From: Anaeramoeba ignava BMAN
Taxonomy: Eukaryota; Protista; Anaeramoebae
Assembly (NCBI GenBank): GCA_028826165.1
Contig: JAPDFW010000033.1
Coordinates: 496,001-560,000, forward strand
Length of the DNA: 64,000 nucleotides
Direction: 5' to 3'
Below, piece after piece: positions 27,736 through 39,908 of the stretch. The notes below the pieces were generated by a model. The model saw only the letters and a list, made by a program, of their open reading frames with translations, had not been told where the DNA came from and did no database searches. The number at the start of each line of letters is the position of its first letter. The first letter of the stretch is position 1. The translations under genes were made by a program, and so were the position numbers.

Positions 27736-30700
27736 ATGAATTTACAATTAAGACAATTTTTTACATTTTGTTCAAAAGGCAATGTTTCTAAAATTCAATC
27801 AATAATTTCAGATTCAAATTCAAAATATTGGAAAAATAGTGAAAATAATGGAAAAAATGCATTATTTTATGCAATTGAATCTAAACAAAAAGAAGTTGTT
27901 GAAATTCTTTTAAAAAATGGGATTGATCCTAACGTTCAAACAATTGACACAAAAATAACCCCTTTACATTTTGCTGTTTTAGAAGAATCTAAAGAAATTG
28001 TTCAATTATTATTAGACCATCAAGCAAATATTGATATAACAAATTCAGAAGATTTGTTTGTTAAAGAGCAAAAAAAAAAAAAAACAAATTTATTAAAATT
28101 TAAAATAAAAAAATTAAGAAAAAAAAATAATTTAAATTCTAATTTAAATATTAATTCTAATTTAAATATTAATTTTAATTATAATTCTAATTTTGATTTT
28201 AATTCTAATTTAAATATTAATTTTAATTTTAATTTTAAATTTTAATTCTAATTTAATTTTAATTTTAATTTAAATATTAATATTAATTTAAATATTAAAT
28301 TTTAATTTTAATTTTAATTTTAATTTAAATATTTAATTTTAATATTAATTTAAATATTAATTTTAATTTTAATATTAATTTTAATTTTAATTTTAATTCT
28401 AATATTTAATTTTAAATTTTAATTTAAATATTAATTCTAATTTTAATTTTAATTTTAATTTTAATTTTAATTTTAATTTTTAATTTTAATTCTAATTCTA
28501 ATTTTAATTCTAATTTTAATTCTAATTTTAATTTTAATTTTAATTTTAATTTTAATTTTAATTTTAATTTTAATTTTAATTTTAATTTTAATTTTAATTT
28601 TAATTTTAATTTTAATTTTAATTTTAATTTTTAATTTTAATTTTAATTTTAATTTTAATTTTAATTTTAATTTTAATTTTAATTTTTAATTTTAATTCTA
28701 ATTTTAATTTTAATTTTAATTTTAATTTTAATTTTAATTTTTAATTTTTAATTTTAATTTTAATTCTAATTTTAATTTTAATTTTAATTTTTAATTTTTA
28801 ATTTTAATTTTAATTTTAATTTTAATTTTAATTTTAATTTTAATTTTAATTAATTTTAATTTTAATTCTAATTTTAATTTTAATTTAATTTTTAATTTTT
28901 AATTTTAATTTTTAATTTTAATTTTAATTTTAATTTTAATTTTAATTTTAATTTTAATTTTAATTTTAATTTTAATTTTTAATTTTAATTTTAATTTTAA
29001 TTTTAATTTTAATTTTAATTTTAATTTTAATTTTAATTTAAATTTTAATTTTAATTAATTTTAATTTTAATTTTAATTTTAATTTTAATTTTAATTTTAA
29101 TTTTTATTTTAATTTTAATTTTAATTTCAATTTTAATTTTAATTTTAATTTTAATTTTTAATTTTAATTTTAATTTTAATTCAATAAACTAAAAAATAAA
29201 AAGAACACCAACTGCAATTTCAATTCATATAAACAGTTTAGAATGCTTTAAAATGGTGTGGAATAAAAATGGAAAAAAAATGGAACACAACAAACAAAAA
29301 GAAAATTTTTTACATTTAGCAACATCACTAAACAGATCACAAATTCTAGATTACATACTAGAAAACTGTGATAATTCATATTTAAAAGAATACAATCAAG
29401 AAGGATTATTGCCAATTCATATGGCAGTTTTGAAAAGTTATATGAATATTATTAAGATTATTAATAAACATGGTGGTTCTTTGAATGAAGTATCAAAAAC
29501 ATTAAAAACTCCATTACATTATGCATGTGAATTATCCAAATATGACATTGTTGAATATTTGCTCAAAGAAAATGTTTTATTGAATGAAAAAGATGAAGAT
29601 GGAAAAACCCCATTATTTATTTCTCAACAAAAAAAAGATGATAAGATTTCTCATTTATTACTTGAAAAAAAAGCTGTTAATCCTATTCATAGTTTCTTGA
29701 TTAATCGTGATTTAACAAAATTACAAGAATTTTTAACAAAATTTAATGCAAATATTGAAGGTATTTTTATAATAAAAAAAATATTTTTCTATTTATTTTG
29801 AAATTTAAATTATTATTATTATTTATATACAAAGCGATTGATAGTGCTGGAAGACGACCTATTCATTGGGCAGGTATTAAAAGAGCATTTATAATTCAAA
29901 ATATTTAATTTTTTAATTTATTCTTGAAATATTTAATTCAATATATTTAATCCAAAAATATTTAATCCAAAAATATCTAATTCAAAATATTTAATTCAAA
30001 ATATATTTATTTAATTCAAAAATATTTAATTCAAAATATTTAATTCATTATTCAAATATTTAAAAAAATATTTTATTCAAAATTCAAAATATTTAATTCA
30101 AAATATTTAATTCAAAATATTTAATTCAAAATATATTTATTTAATCCAAATATATTTAATTCAAAATATTTATTTAATTCAAAAATATAAATTCAAATAT
30201 TTAATTCAAAATATTTATTCAAAATATTTAATTCAAAATATTTAATTCAAATATTTAATTCAAAATATTTAATTCAAAATATTTAATTCAAAAATATTTA
30301 TTTAATTCAAAAAATAAATTCAAATATTTAATTCAAAATATTTAATTCAAAATATTTAATTCAAAATATTTAATTCAAAATATTTATTTAATTCAAAAAT
30401 ATTTAATTCAAAATATTTAATTCAAAATATTTAATTCAAAATATTTAATTCAAAAATATTTAATTCAAAAATATATTTAATTCAAAATATTTAATTCAAA
30501 AATATTTAAATTAATTCAAAATATTTAATTCAAAAATATTTAATTCAAAAATATTTAATCCAAATATTTAATTCAAAATATTTAATTCAAAATATTTAAT
30601 TCAAAATATTTAATTCAATATATTTAATCAAAAATATTTAATCAAAAATATTTAATTCAAAAATATTTAATTCAAAATATTTAATTCAAAATATTTAATT

Positions 30701-33700
30701 CAAAACCAAATATTTATTTAATTCAAAAAAATATTTAATTCAAAATATTTAATTCAAATATTTAATTCAAAATATTTAATTCAAAATATTTAATTCAAAT
30801 TTATTTATTTAATTCAAAAATATTTAATTCAAAAATATATATTTCAAATATATTTAATTCAAATATATTTATTTAATTCAAAATATTTAATTCAAAAATA
30901 TTTAATTCAAAATATATATTTCAAATATATTTATCTAATTCAAAAAAATAAATATTTAATTCAAAAATATTTAATTCAAAAATATTTAATTCAAAAATAT
31001 TTAATTCAAAAATATTTAATTCAAAATATTTATTTAATTCAAAAATATTTAATTCAAAATATTTATTTAATTCAAAATATTTATATTTAATTCAAAATAT
31101 TTATTTCAAAAATATTAATTCAAAATATATTTAATTCAAAATATATTTAATTCAAAATATATTTATTTATTTCAAATATATTTATCTAAAAATATTTAAT
31201 TCAAAATCCAAAATATTTATTCAAAATATATTTTCAAAAATATTTAATTAATTCAAAATATTTATTTATTTCAAAAATATTTAATTCAAAATATTTATTT
31301 ATTTCAAAATATTTAATTCAAAATATTTAATTCAAAATATTTAATTCAAAATATATTTAATTCAAAAATATTTAATTCAAAATATTTAATTCAAAAATAT
31401 TTAATTCAAAATATTCAATTCAAAATATTTAATTCAAAATATTTATTTCAAATATATATTTAATCCAAAATATTTATTTAATTCAAATTTATTTATTCAA
31501 TTCAAAAATAAATATTTATTTATTCAATTCAAAAAAAAAAAAAAGCAATGAAAGGCTCAACAGAAGCTGTTGAACTTCTATTGAAAAATGGAGCAGAAAT
31601 TAATGCATTTGATCGAGATAAATCAACAGCACTTCATCTAGCAACTAGAAACGGATATCTGGAAACAACAAAACTACTAATTGAGAACAAAGCAGACATA
31701 ACACTTCAAAACGAGGATTATCACACAGCATTGCACTTATCAACACTTTACGGACACATGGAGATTGCGCAGATGCTTTTGGAGCACGGAGGAGATCCTA
31801 ATCAGCGGGACAAGACAGGAAACACAGCACTTCATCTTGCAGCAAAATCAGGCAATTATTTAATAAGTAATTTGCTAGTTGAAAAAGGAGCTGAAATTGC
31901 GGTTTTTAATGAAAAACAGAGGACTCCGATCCATATTTCTGCCAAATTTGGATTCTCAAAGCTCACCGAACAGCTGCTGCAATTTAAAGGCAAGAAGAAG
32001 CTCAGTATCAATAGTAAGGACATACGCGGGAAAACACCGCTTGCGCTCGCAGCAAAACACGGACATAAAAATGTTGTTTCAACTTTGATTCAATTTAAAG
32101 CAAATGTGAATTTGACAGACTCCTCGGGAATGTCCCCGTTGGGATACGCAATATTAAAGGAAAGCGCGGAGTGCGTTGACCTCCTTCTTCAGAATAAAGC
32201 CAAAACAAAGGGCGGTTTTAGTGGGGAGTTAACAGCTCTTCATTTTGTTGTGAAAAATAATAATTCAACCGCATGCCTTGAAGCGCTGCTCAAGCAAAAC
32301 ATCAAGACGTTGAAGAAAGATAAGACAGGAAACACCCCACTCCACACAGCAGCCATACTGGAGAAAATAGATATGGTCGAATTATTTGTACGCTCGGGTG
32401 CTCGAGTGGATTTGGAAAACAACGACGGAAACAAAGTTCTTCATCTTGTGACAATTTCTGGAAATCAAGAAAATGTCGCGAAAATTTTACTGTTGAATCC
32501 GCAGATCAACTCGCGCAACAACAAGCACAAGACAGCTCTCCATCTCGCATGTGAGAACGGAGCAACGGAATGCGCGCGACGGCTGCTCGAACAGTATCCC
32601 AAACTAGATATACGGGACTCACAAGGAAATACGCCTGCAATGTGTGCTTTTCTGAACAAAAAATTTGATACATTGGATCTTCTCTCACAATACAAGGCTC
32701 CTATGCCGCTCGTCGAAGCAATCAACAACGGAGACGTTCAGACAACTTCTGCGCTTATCGACCAAGATTTCCCTGTTGATCTCACAAGTGCGGATGGGAA
32801 CAACGCTCTTCATGCTGTCTTGAAAAAGCGACTTCCTGATCTTGCCGAAAAAATAATCGCCAAAACCACAAACATCAATAAGCCCAACTCAGCAAATCTT
32901 GTTCCGATCCAACTCGCGGCTGAATGGGCTGATGCCAAACTGTGCTTCTCTATTCTTGAAAAGGGAGCAACACTGCTGAATTACCCGGACAATCTCTATC
33001 CGCACAAAATTGCCCAACAAAATCACGCCCCTTGCTACGATGCGCTCTCAAAAGAGTTCAAACGCACAACCGCAGTGTTCGAGCTGATCACTACAGAGAA
33101 GAATTTCGTCTCGATCATCAAGCTTCTTGTCTTCAATTTTGTCCGTCCACTTGTCGAGCAGAAAATCCTCAACGAGAAAGAGACAAAAACAATCTTCATG
33201 AACGTTGAAGAAATTGTTTCCGCAAACACAAAGTTTCTTGAAGACATGATGTCCCGGCAACAGCAATGGGGGGTCACTTTAGGAATAGGGGATATTTTGG
33301 AAAAGCATTCAGATTTGCTTAAGAATTTTAAGGAATACAATATTCTTTTTGAAAAGTCGCGGGAAATGCTCCAACGGAAAATGAAGAAATCAAATTTCGC
33401 AAGTTTCATCAAGACAGCAGAATCACGACCCGAAATGAAGCGACTTGATCTAACGACGATCCTGATCAAACCAGTCCAACGACTGGGACAATATAAGCTT
33501 TTGGTGAAGGAAATCATTGCCAAAACATCTGAATCGCATCCTGACTACAAAAAACTCACAAGCGCGTTTGAAACCTTTTACAAGCTCATCAAGGACATCA
33601 ATGAGACCAAGCGCAGAAACGAGAATCTGCAGCGGATCGGCGAGATCGACAAGCTCATGTTCCGCGATCTTCCCATTCGTCTCGAAAATTCCAAGATCCG

Positions 33701-34700
33701 TACAATCAACCACGAGGGAAAGGTTCTTTTCTACGACGTCGCGCTTCTTTCCAAGCAAGAGAACTCCCACTTGCGAGCACCATCTTTGGGACACTCCCAC
33801 TCCAAAAGTCCCGACCAGGAAAAAGACAAAACAAACGAGAATAAGAAACAAAAAGAAAATAAAAAAAACAAAAAATTGAAAAAAACAAAATCCAAGAGGA
33901 AACTGAAAGAAACACAAACGCAAAATAGTCCCAATAACCAGAGTTCCCCCAACACTGAAAATAATCAAAATAGCCCAAATACTCAAAATACTCAAAATAT
34001 CCAAAATATTCAAAATACTCAAAATGACAAGGAATCGCAAAGCAACGAGCGATATTTATTTCTCTTCAACGATATCCTCATTGTAGCCAAACAGAAAAAG
34101 GAAAGTTTCGAGTACGAGAAAATGTTCCCGTTGATCACGCTTTTCCTCGAGAAAAACATACGCAAAACACAAGAATCAACAGCAACAGAAAATACATTCC
34201 AAATAATAACTCCCAACGGAAACTTCAACATCGTTGCATCCTCGAAGGAGGAGAAGACCACTTGGGTCACAAAATTCCAGAGCAGTATTTCCCAAGCAGA
34301 GCATTTGTATTCCGAATATATGAAATGCAAGATCGAGGAAAACAACCTGCTGAGCATGGACACTTTTGATCTCTTCAGTGCGTTCAAATCGCATAAGCGA
34401 AATGACTCTCTCAGCAACACCACCGACAAAGACCCAACGTCTCCTCAACTCCCACGCAACACAGGCTTGGCACTTTATAACTGCGATTGCTACTTCGTTC
34501 TTGTTCTTCCTAAAAATATTATGAAAGTTGGTTTTGCTAACTTTACCGGCATTTCCGATTCTTTTGATAATCTTCAGGAACAGATTTATATGGCTATAGA
34601 AGGCAAAATGGGTAGACCTCCCACTGCTGATAAGGTTAGAATGTTGATTACAGATTTGGAATATGTTGATGATGAATTTTTATTTGAATCTCATTTATAA
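27736..34700 (+). CDS. Ankyrin-repeat RhoGEF (DH-PH) protein; 4 exons, introns 28056-29203, 29761-29834, 29874-31545
   Basis: Many TPLH/TALH ankyrin repeats, DH domain (ELITTEKNFV, LIKPVQRLGQYKLL, HPDY) and split PH (ERYLFLFNDIL, EEKTTW). Junctions are in frame, including a 39-nt exon 3. Confidence 0.9.
28056..29203 (+). repeat. Intronic (TTTTAA)n hexamer satellite
   Basis: Long near-pure TTTTAA tract within a GT...AG intron. Confidence 0.9.
29874..31545 (+). repeat. Intronic ~14-bp satellite (AATTCAAAATATTT)n
   Basis: Tandem units fill the intron, which ends in poly-A followed by AG. Confidence 0.9.
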
Positions 34701-34809
34701 CGGAATATTTTTGATTCCAATTATTTTGGATTTTATGATAATCAAAAAATAAAATTAAATTAAAAATTAAATTAAAAAATTTATTTAATTAATTTATTTA
34801 TTTATTTAT

Positions 34810-35782
34810 TTAGCGTTTATTCTCAGAAAAATATCTTTGTAAATCTGAAATGGAAGACCCTATATTTGTCAAACAATATTTAGCTAATTTCCAATAATCA
34901 ATATAAGCAGGATTGGACGAGGATTTGTCTACAAACATTTTCATTGTGGAAATGAATTTCTCAATAAATTCACGACCTTTATTAGCAAAAAAAGTAACCG
35001 CTAAAGGTTCAACAGAGTTATAATGAATCACAGTGGAATTCAATTTGATCGGCTTTTCCAAAATCAATTTTTCACAAAATTCCTCGAATTTTTGGAGAAT
35101 AAAATTATTATCATTTGCAAAATCATATCCAATAAACAGCACTTGTGGATCTGAAACATAGGGCAGATCAATGACCTTGCCCAAGATATCAAAATTCAGG
35201 AGCGTTGTGATGGTGGGTATATTCGATAGAGCTTGAGCCTTCTCTTTTGGAATAAACGAACTGCGATCGATTGAACAAATCCTTTTTCAAAACCTGCAAT
35301 TGTTTTTGTTGAGTAAGATAACTTTTCCTGGCTTCCCTTTCATCCCTAGTATTTTTGAAATATATTTTATCGACAATCTCGTCATATCGTGTGTATTTTG
35401 GCGTGTTTATATCCGACTCCAAATCTAGTAAATTATTATTAAGTGTTCCATTCATTTCCTTTTTTTCTTTCACAATTTTCTCAATTTCATATTCATATGT
35501 CTGGAAAATACCATGATCCTCATCGTTTCCAAACATGGATTTGTTCACTAAATGGTTCGTGTACTCCCGTTGGAAATGACTGAATAAGTTCCGTTGAAAA
35601 TTTGTTTCTTCGTTTTCTTCTTCGTATTTTTGTTTTATGTTTTTATTATAAAATTCTTCCCATTTTTTCTCATTTTTTAAAATTTCATTTGCTTGATTTT
35701 CAAATTTTTTCGGAAAAATTTCATCATTAAATAATAATTGGATGTTGTTTTGATTATAAAAATTTGTAATAAAATTGAACAT
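34810..35782 (-). CDS. Hypothetical protein (~320 aa) split by a one-base frameshift near 35190
   Basis: Removing one T from GAATTTTGAT joins ...APEF to DILGKVIDLP.... Coding-like GC and TTTCATTTT motifs upstream of the ATG at 35782. Confidence 0.65.
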
Positions 35783-35867
35783 TTCCAAAAAAAAAAAATG
35801 AAAAAAAATGAAAAAATTAAATTTCATTTTTTTTTTTTAATTTTTTTCATTTAAAATTTTAAAAGAA

Positions 35868-36149
35868 ATGGTTTCACAAATTGTACAAATTGCACAAGTT
35901 CTTTTATTAATTTTTACTGGTTTTTTTATTTCCGAATTTCAACTTCATCATAAATTAAAAGTTTTGATAATTAAACATTCACTTAAATTTATTTACAATC
36001 CAGTTTCTTTTATTGTTATTTTTATAATTGTTATTGTTTATTTTATTTTTATTTTTTCACCTTTATATTGGTTGACCAATTTAGAAAAGAAAAGATATCA
36101 AAAAAATATGGAAGAATATCAAAAGAAATTAAATAATTTAAAAATTTAA
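35868..36149 (+). CDS. Small putative membrane protein (93 aa, 2 hydrophobic segments and a charged tail)
   Basis: ATG in AAAATG-like context preceded by TTTCATTT motifs. No family recognised. Confidence 0.55.
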   Translation: MVSQIVQIAQVLLLIFTGFFISEFQLHHKLKVLIIKHSLKFIYNPVSFIVIFIIVIVYFIFIFSPLYWLTNLEKKRYQKNMEEYQKKLNNLKI

Positions 36150-36189
36150 ATCAAATAAAAATTATAAAATAAATTTTTTTATTAAATTT

Positions 36190-36240
36190 TTTTCATTTTT
36201 TTTTCATTTTTTTTTTTCATTTTTTTTCATTTTTTTTTTG
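36190..36240 (+). promoter_or_regulatory. Tandem TTTTCATTTT initiator-like elements (example; similar motifs precede most genes)
   Basis: Four T-rich TCATT copies 30-80 nt upstream of the ATG at 36270. The motif recurs strand-specifically before about 15 start codons. Confidence 0.6.
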
Positions 36241-36269
36241 AACAATTTTCGCAATTAAATAAAACAAAA

Positions 36270-39200
36270 ATGCTTTTTAAATGTAAAAATCCAATAAAAA
36301 AATTAAACAAAACAACATTAACATAAATAAAATAACATAAATAAAATAAACATAAATAAATTAAACTGAATAAATAAACACAAGCAAATTAACACAAGCA
36401 AATTAACATAAGCAAATTAACATAAGCAAATTAACATAAGCAAATTAACATAAGCAAATAAACACAAGCAAATTAACATAAATAAATTAACACAAGCAAA
36501 TTAACATAAATAAATCAACATAAATAAATTAACATAAATAAATTAACATAAATAAATTAACATAAATAAATCAACATAAATAAATTAACATAAACAAATC
36601 AACATAAATAAATCAACATAAATAAATCAACATAAGCAAATTAAACAGAATAAATTAACATAAATAAATCAACATAAATAAATTAAACTGAATAAATTAA
36701 CATAAATAAATTAACATAAATAAATCAACATAAATAAATCAACATAAATAAATCAACATAAATAAATTAACATAAATAAATTAACATAAATAAATCAACA
36801 TAAATAAATTAACATAAATAAATTAACATAAATAAATTAACATAAATAAATCAACATAAACAAATTAAACTGAATAAATTAACATAAATAAATTAACAAA
36901 AGCAAACCAACATAAATAAATTAACATAAATAAATAAACACAAGCAAATTAACATAAACAAATTAAAATAAATAAATTAACATAAGCAAATTAACATAAG
37001 CAAATTAACATAAATAAATTAACATAAGCAAATAAACATAAGCAAATTAAACTGAATAAATTAACATAAGCAAATTAACATAAATAAATTAACATAAATA
37101 AATTAACAAAAGCAAACCAACATAAATAAATTAACATAAATAAATAAACACAAGCAAATTAACATAAATAAATTAACATAAATAAATTAACATAAATAAA
37201 TTAACATAAGCAAATCAACACAAGCAAATTAACATAAATAAATTAACATAAATAAATTAACATAAATAAATTAACATAAGCAAATTAACATAAATAAATT
37301 AACATAAATAAATTAAACTGAATAAATTAACATAAATAAATTAACATAAATAAATCAACATAAATAAATCAACACAAATAAAACAAGCCAACATAAATAA
37401 ATCAACATAAATAAATCAACATAAATAAATTAACATAAATAAATTAACACAAGCAAATTAACATAAATAAATTAAACTGAATAAATTAACATAAATAAAT
37501 TAAAATAAATAAATTAAAATAAATAAATTAAAATAAATAAATTAAAATAAATAAATTAACATAAATAAATTAAATTGAATAAATTAACATAAATAAATTA
37601 AATTGAATAATTTAATTGAATAATTTAAATGAATAATTTAATTGAATAATTTAAATGAATAATTTAATTGAATAATTTAAATGAATAATTTAATTGAATA
37701 ATATTTATTTGTTATTAATAAATAAAATAGTTTTTGAATTAAATTACCTTTTTACTACATTAATATTAATATTACTCTTAATCAATCCAATCAAATCACT
37801 TGAAGGAATATGCAAAATTCAAAAAGAATTTAGAATAGGTGATAATACAACACAAAGTCAACGTTATCCAAAAATATTTGAATTACAACAAGATACACTC
37901 GGAATGTTTTGGATTGGTTATGATAGTGATAATAAAACATGGGAAATATATAATCAACTTTATGCAATAAATGGAACAGCACTTAATTCAGAGAAAAAAA
38001 TAACAATAAATGGTTCATTAGATGTAACGAAATTTGAAGCAACTCAATTACCAAGTGGTGAAATTGTATTAGTTTGGGAAGCAGTATTATCAAGAAGTCC
38101 TTATACATATGAACCATTTTGTTTAGTAATTGATACAAATGGAGATGTTTCCACTCAACAAAATCCTTATTTGGAAATTCATTAACAAGAAAAAGATTAC
38201 CAGTAATTGATGCGATTGATAATGGTAATTTTGCAGTTTTATATGCTGATATTTCTGGTTCAATAAATCAAACATATGCTCAAACATTCGATAACACATG
38301 TCAAAGTACAGTAGCTCCAGCAAATTTATTTGACATCACTTTGTATGATGTTGATTCACTTAAAATCGCAAGTGGTCATGATGGAATACTTTATTTTGGA
38401 TACACTATCAATTCCACTGCTAATACTGGGGGCATCAAAATATGGGTACAACGTGCTCTTTCTGATCTATCAGGGATAGGTAATCCAGAATATGCAGGGA
38501 ATGCAATATCGTGTTTTCAAATGGATTTATTTTATTGGGGAAATAGTTTGGTTTTTCGTGTTGGTAAATATATTTCTAATTCATCGATTGATTTTGAAAT
38601 AGTTCAATACTTTCCATGGGCTCACCTAACAGTTCAAACTTCAATTTCTCCAATGGTTTATAATCCTAGATTTGCAAATTTCACAGAAGATAGTTTTGTT
38701 TTGATTTATGAAAATTATTATGCTGATGGAAGTGCAAATGGTATTTTTGGAATTGTTTGTTATAAAAATTTCAGTTTCACTTTGCGTTATGATCAATTTC
38801 CTGTTAATACTTATACTGAATCTAATCAAGATTCACCTGATCTTCTTGTTATTGATAATCAAATTCTTGTTGTTTGGGAAAGTTTAGGTCAAACAGGAAA
38901 TCCATTTGATTATTCAATTTATTATCAACTTTTAGAACCAAGAAATGTTACTTGTAATACACCAACTTTAAGTAATTACACTCTTAAAATGAATGAAAGC
39001 TCATCTTATCAAATTCCAAATGATTTATGTGTTTATGTTAATCCTGATTCAATTAATTTTACTATTTCTGTAAATGGAAATACAAGTCTTCCTGATAATT
39101 ATTCTTTTAACAGTTCAACAAATACACTTGAATTCACAATAGATACAATATTAGCTTCTGATTTAGTTTCTATCAAATTCGAACTTTTAGAATGCAATTT

Positions 39201-39639
39201 TAGTCAAACAATTATGCCTAATTTGGAATTTTATGTTAATTTTTATGCAGAAATTAATCAATTCAATTCATCAATTCCTGAACAAGATATATTAATATAT
39301 TCCCCAATTTCTTATAAACTTCCAACTGATTTCTTTACATTTTTTGATAATAAATTACTTAATTATTCAGCATTACTTAATGGAAGTCCTGATTTTCCAG
39401 ATAATATATATTTCAATTCAACTGATAATAGTTTGATTTCAGGAGGATTTTCTGAACCTAATTTTTTCAATTTTACAATAATTGCAAGTGAAAATATTTT
39501 TGGAAATTCAAAGAATATTTCTATTAATTTTAATATTACAGCACCAGAAACATCAGAAAATCAAGAATCATCAACATCTAATTTTGTTTTAAATTTTTCA
39601 TTCATTTTAATTTTGTTTGAATTTGTTTTTTCCTTTTAA
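36270..39639 (+). CDS. Secreted/GPI-type surface protein, copy A (bacterial adhesin-like repeats plus 2 Ig/cadherin-like domains); 13-nt exon 1, intron 36283-37730, frameshift near 38160
   Basis: ATGCTTTTTAAAT|GT...AG|TTTTTGAA restores an N-terminus ahead of a signal peptide. S/T-rich spacer and hydrophobic C-terminal tail. One base is missing versus copy B (CAAAATCC vs CAAACATCC). Confidence 0.75.
36283..37730 (+). repeat. Intronic 14-bp satellite (AACATAAATAAATT / AACATAAGCAAATT), ending in a few 13-bp TAATTTAATTGAA units
   Basis: Direct reading of the tandem units. Confidence 0.88.
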
Positions 39640-39908
39640 TCCATTTTTTACAAAAGAAAAGAAAACAACCATCAAGAAAGAAAGAAATTAAAATTAAAAA
39701 AATTAATGATCAAATTAAAGAAAGAAAAATGAATGGAAAAAAAAAAAGAGGATTTTTTAATTTTAATTTCAATAATGATTTTAAATTCAAAATAACTAAA
39801 ATATTATTTGAAATGGTTATTTTTTTTTAAATTTAAAACCTCAAAATAATTTAATTTTTATTTTTTTCTTTTGTATTTTTTGTTTTTTTTCTTTTCATAC
39901 TATCAAAA

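Noticed and set aside
32240-34448. Antisense and alternate-frame ORFs within the ankyrin-GEF exon (also within anoctamin, citF, RMC1)
   Set aside because: Shadow ORFs of higher-GC coding sequence, with no motifs or promoter signal.
35185-35195. TGA readthrough or alternative genetic code
   Set aside because: The downstream ORF is in another frame. TAA, TAG and TGA all terminate conserved genes in the window.
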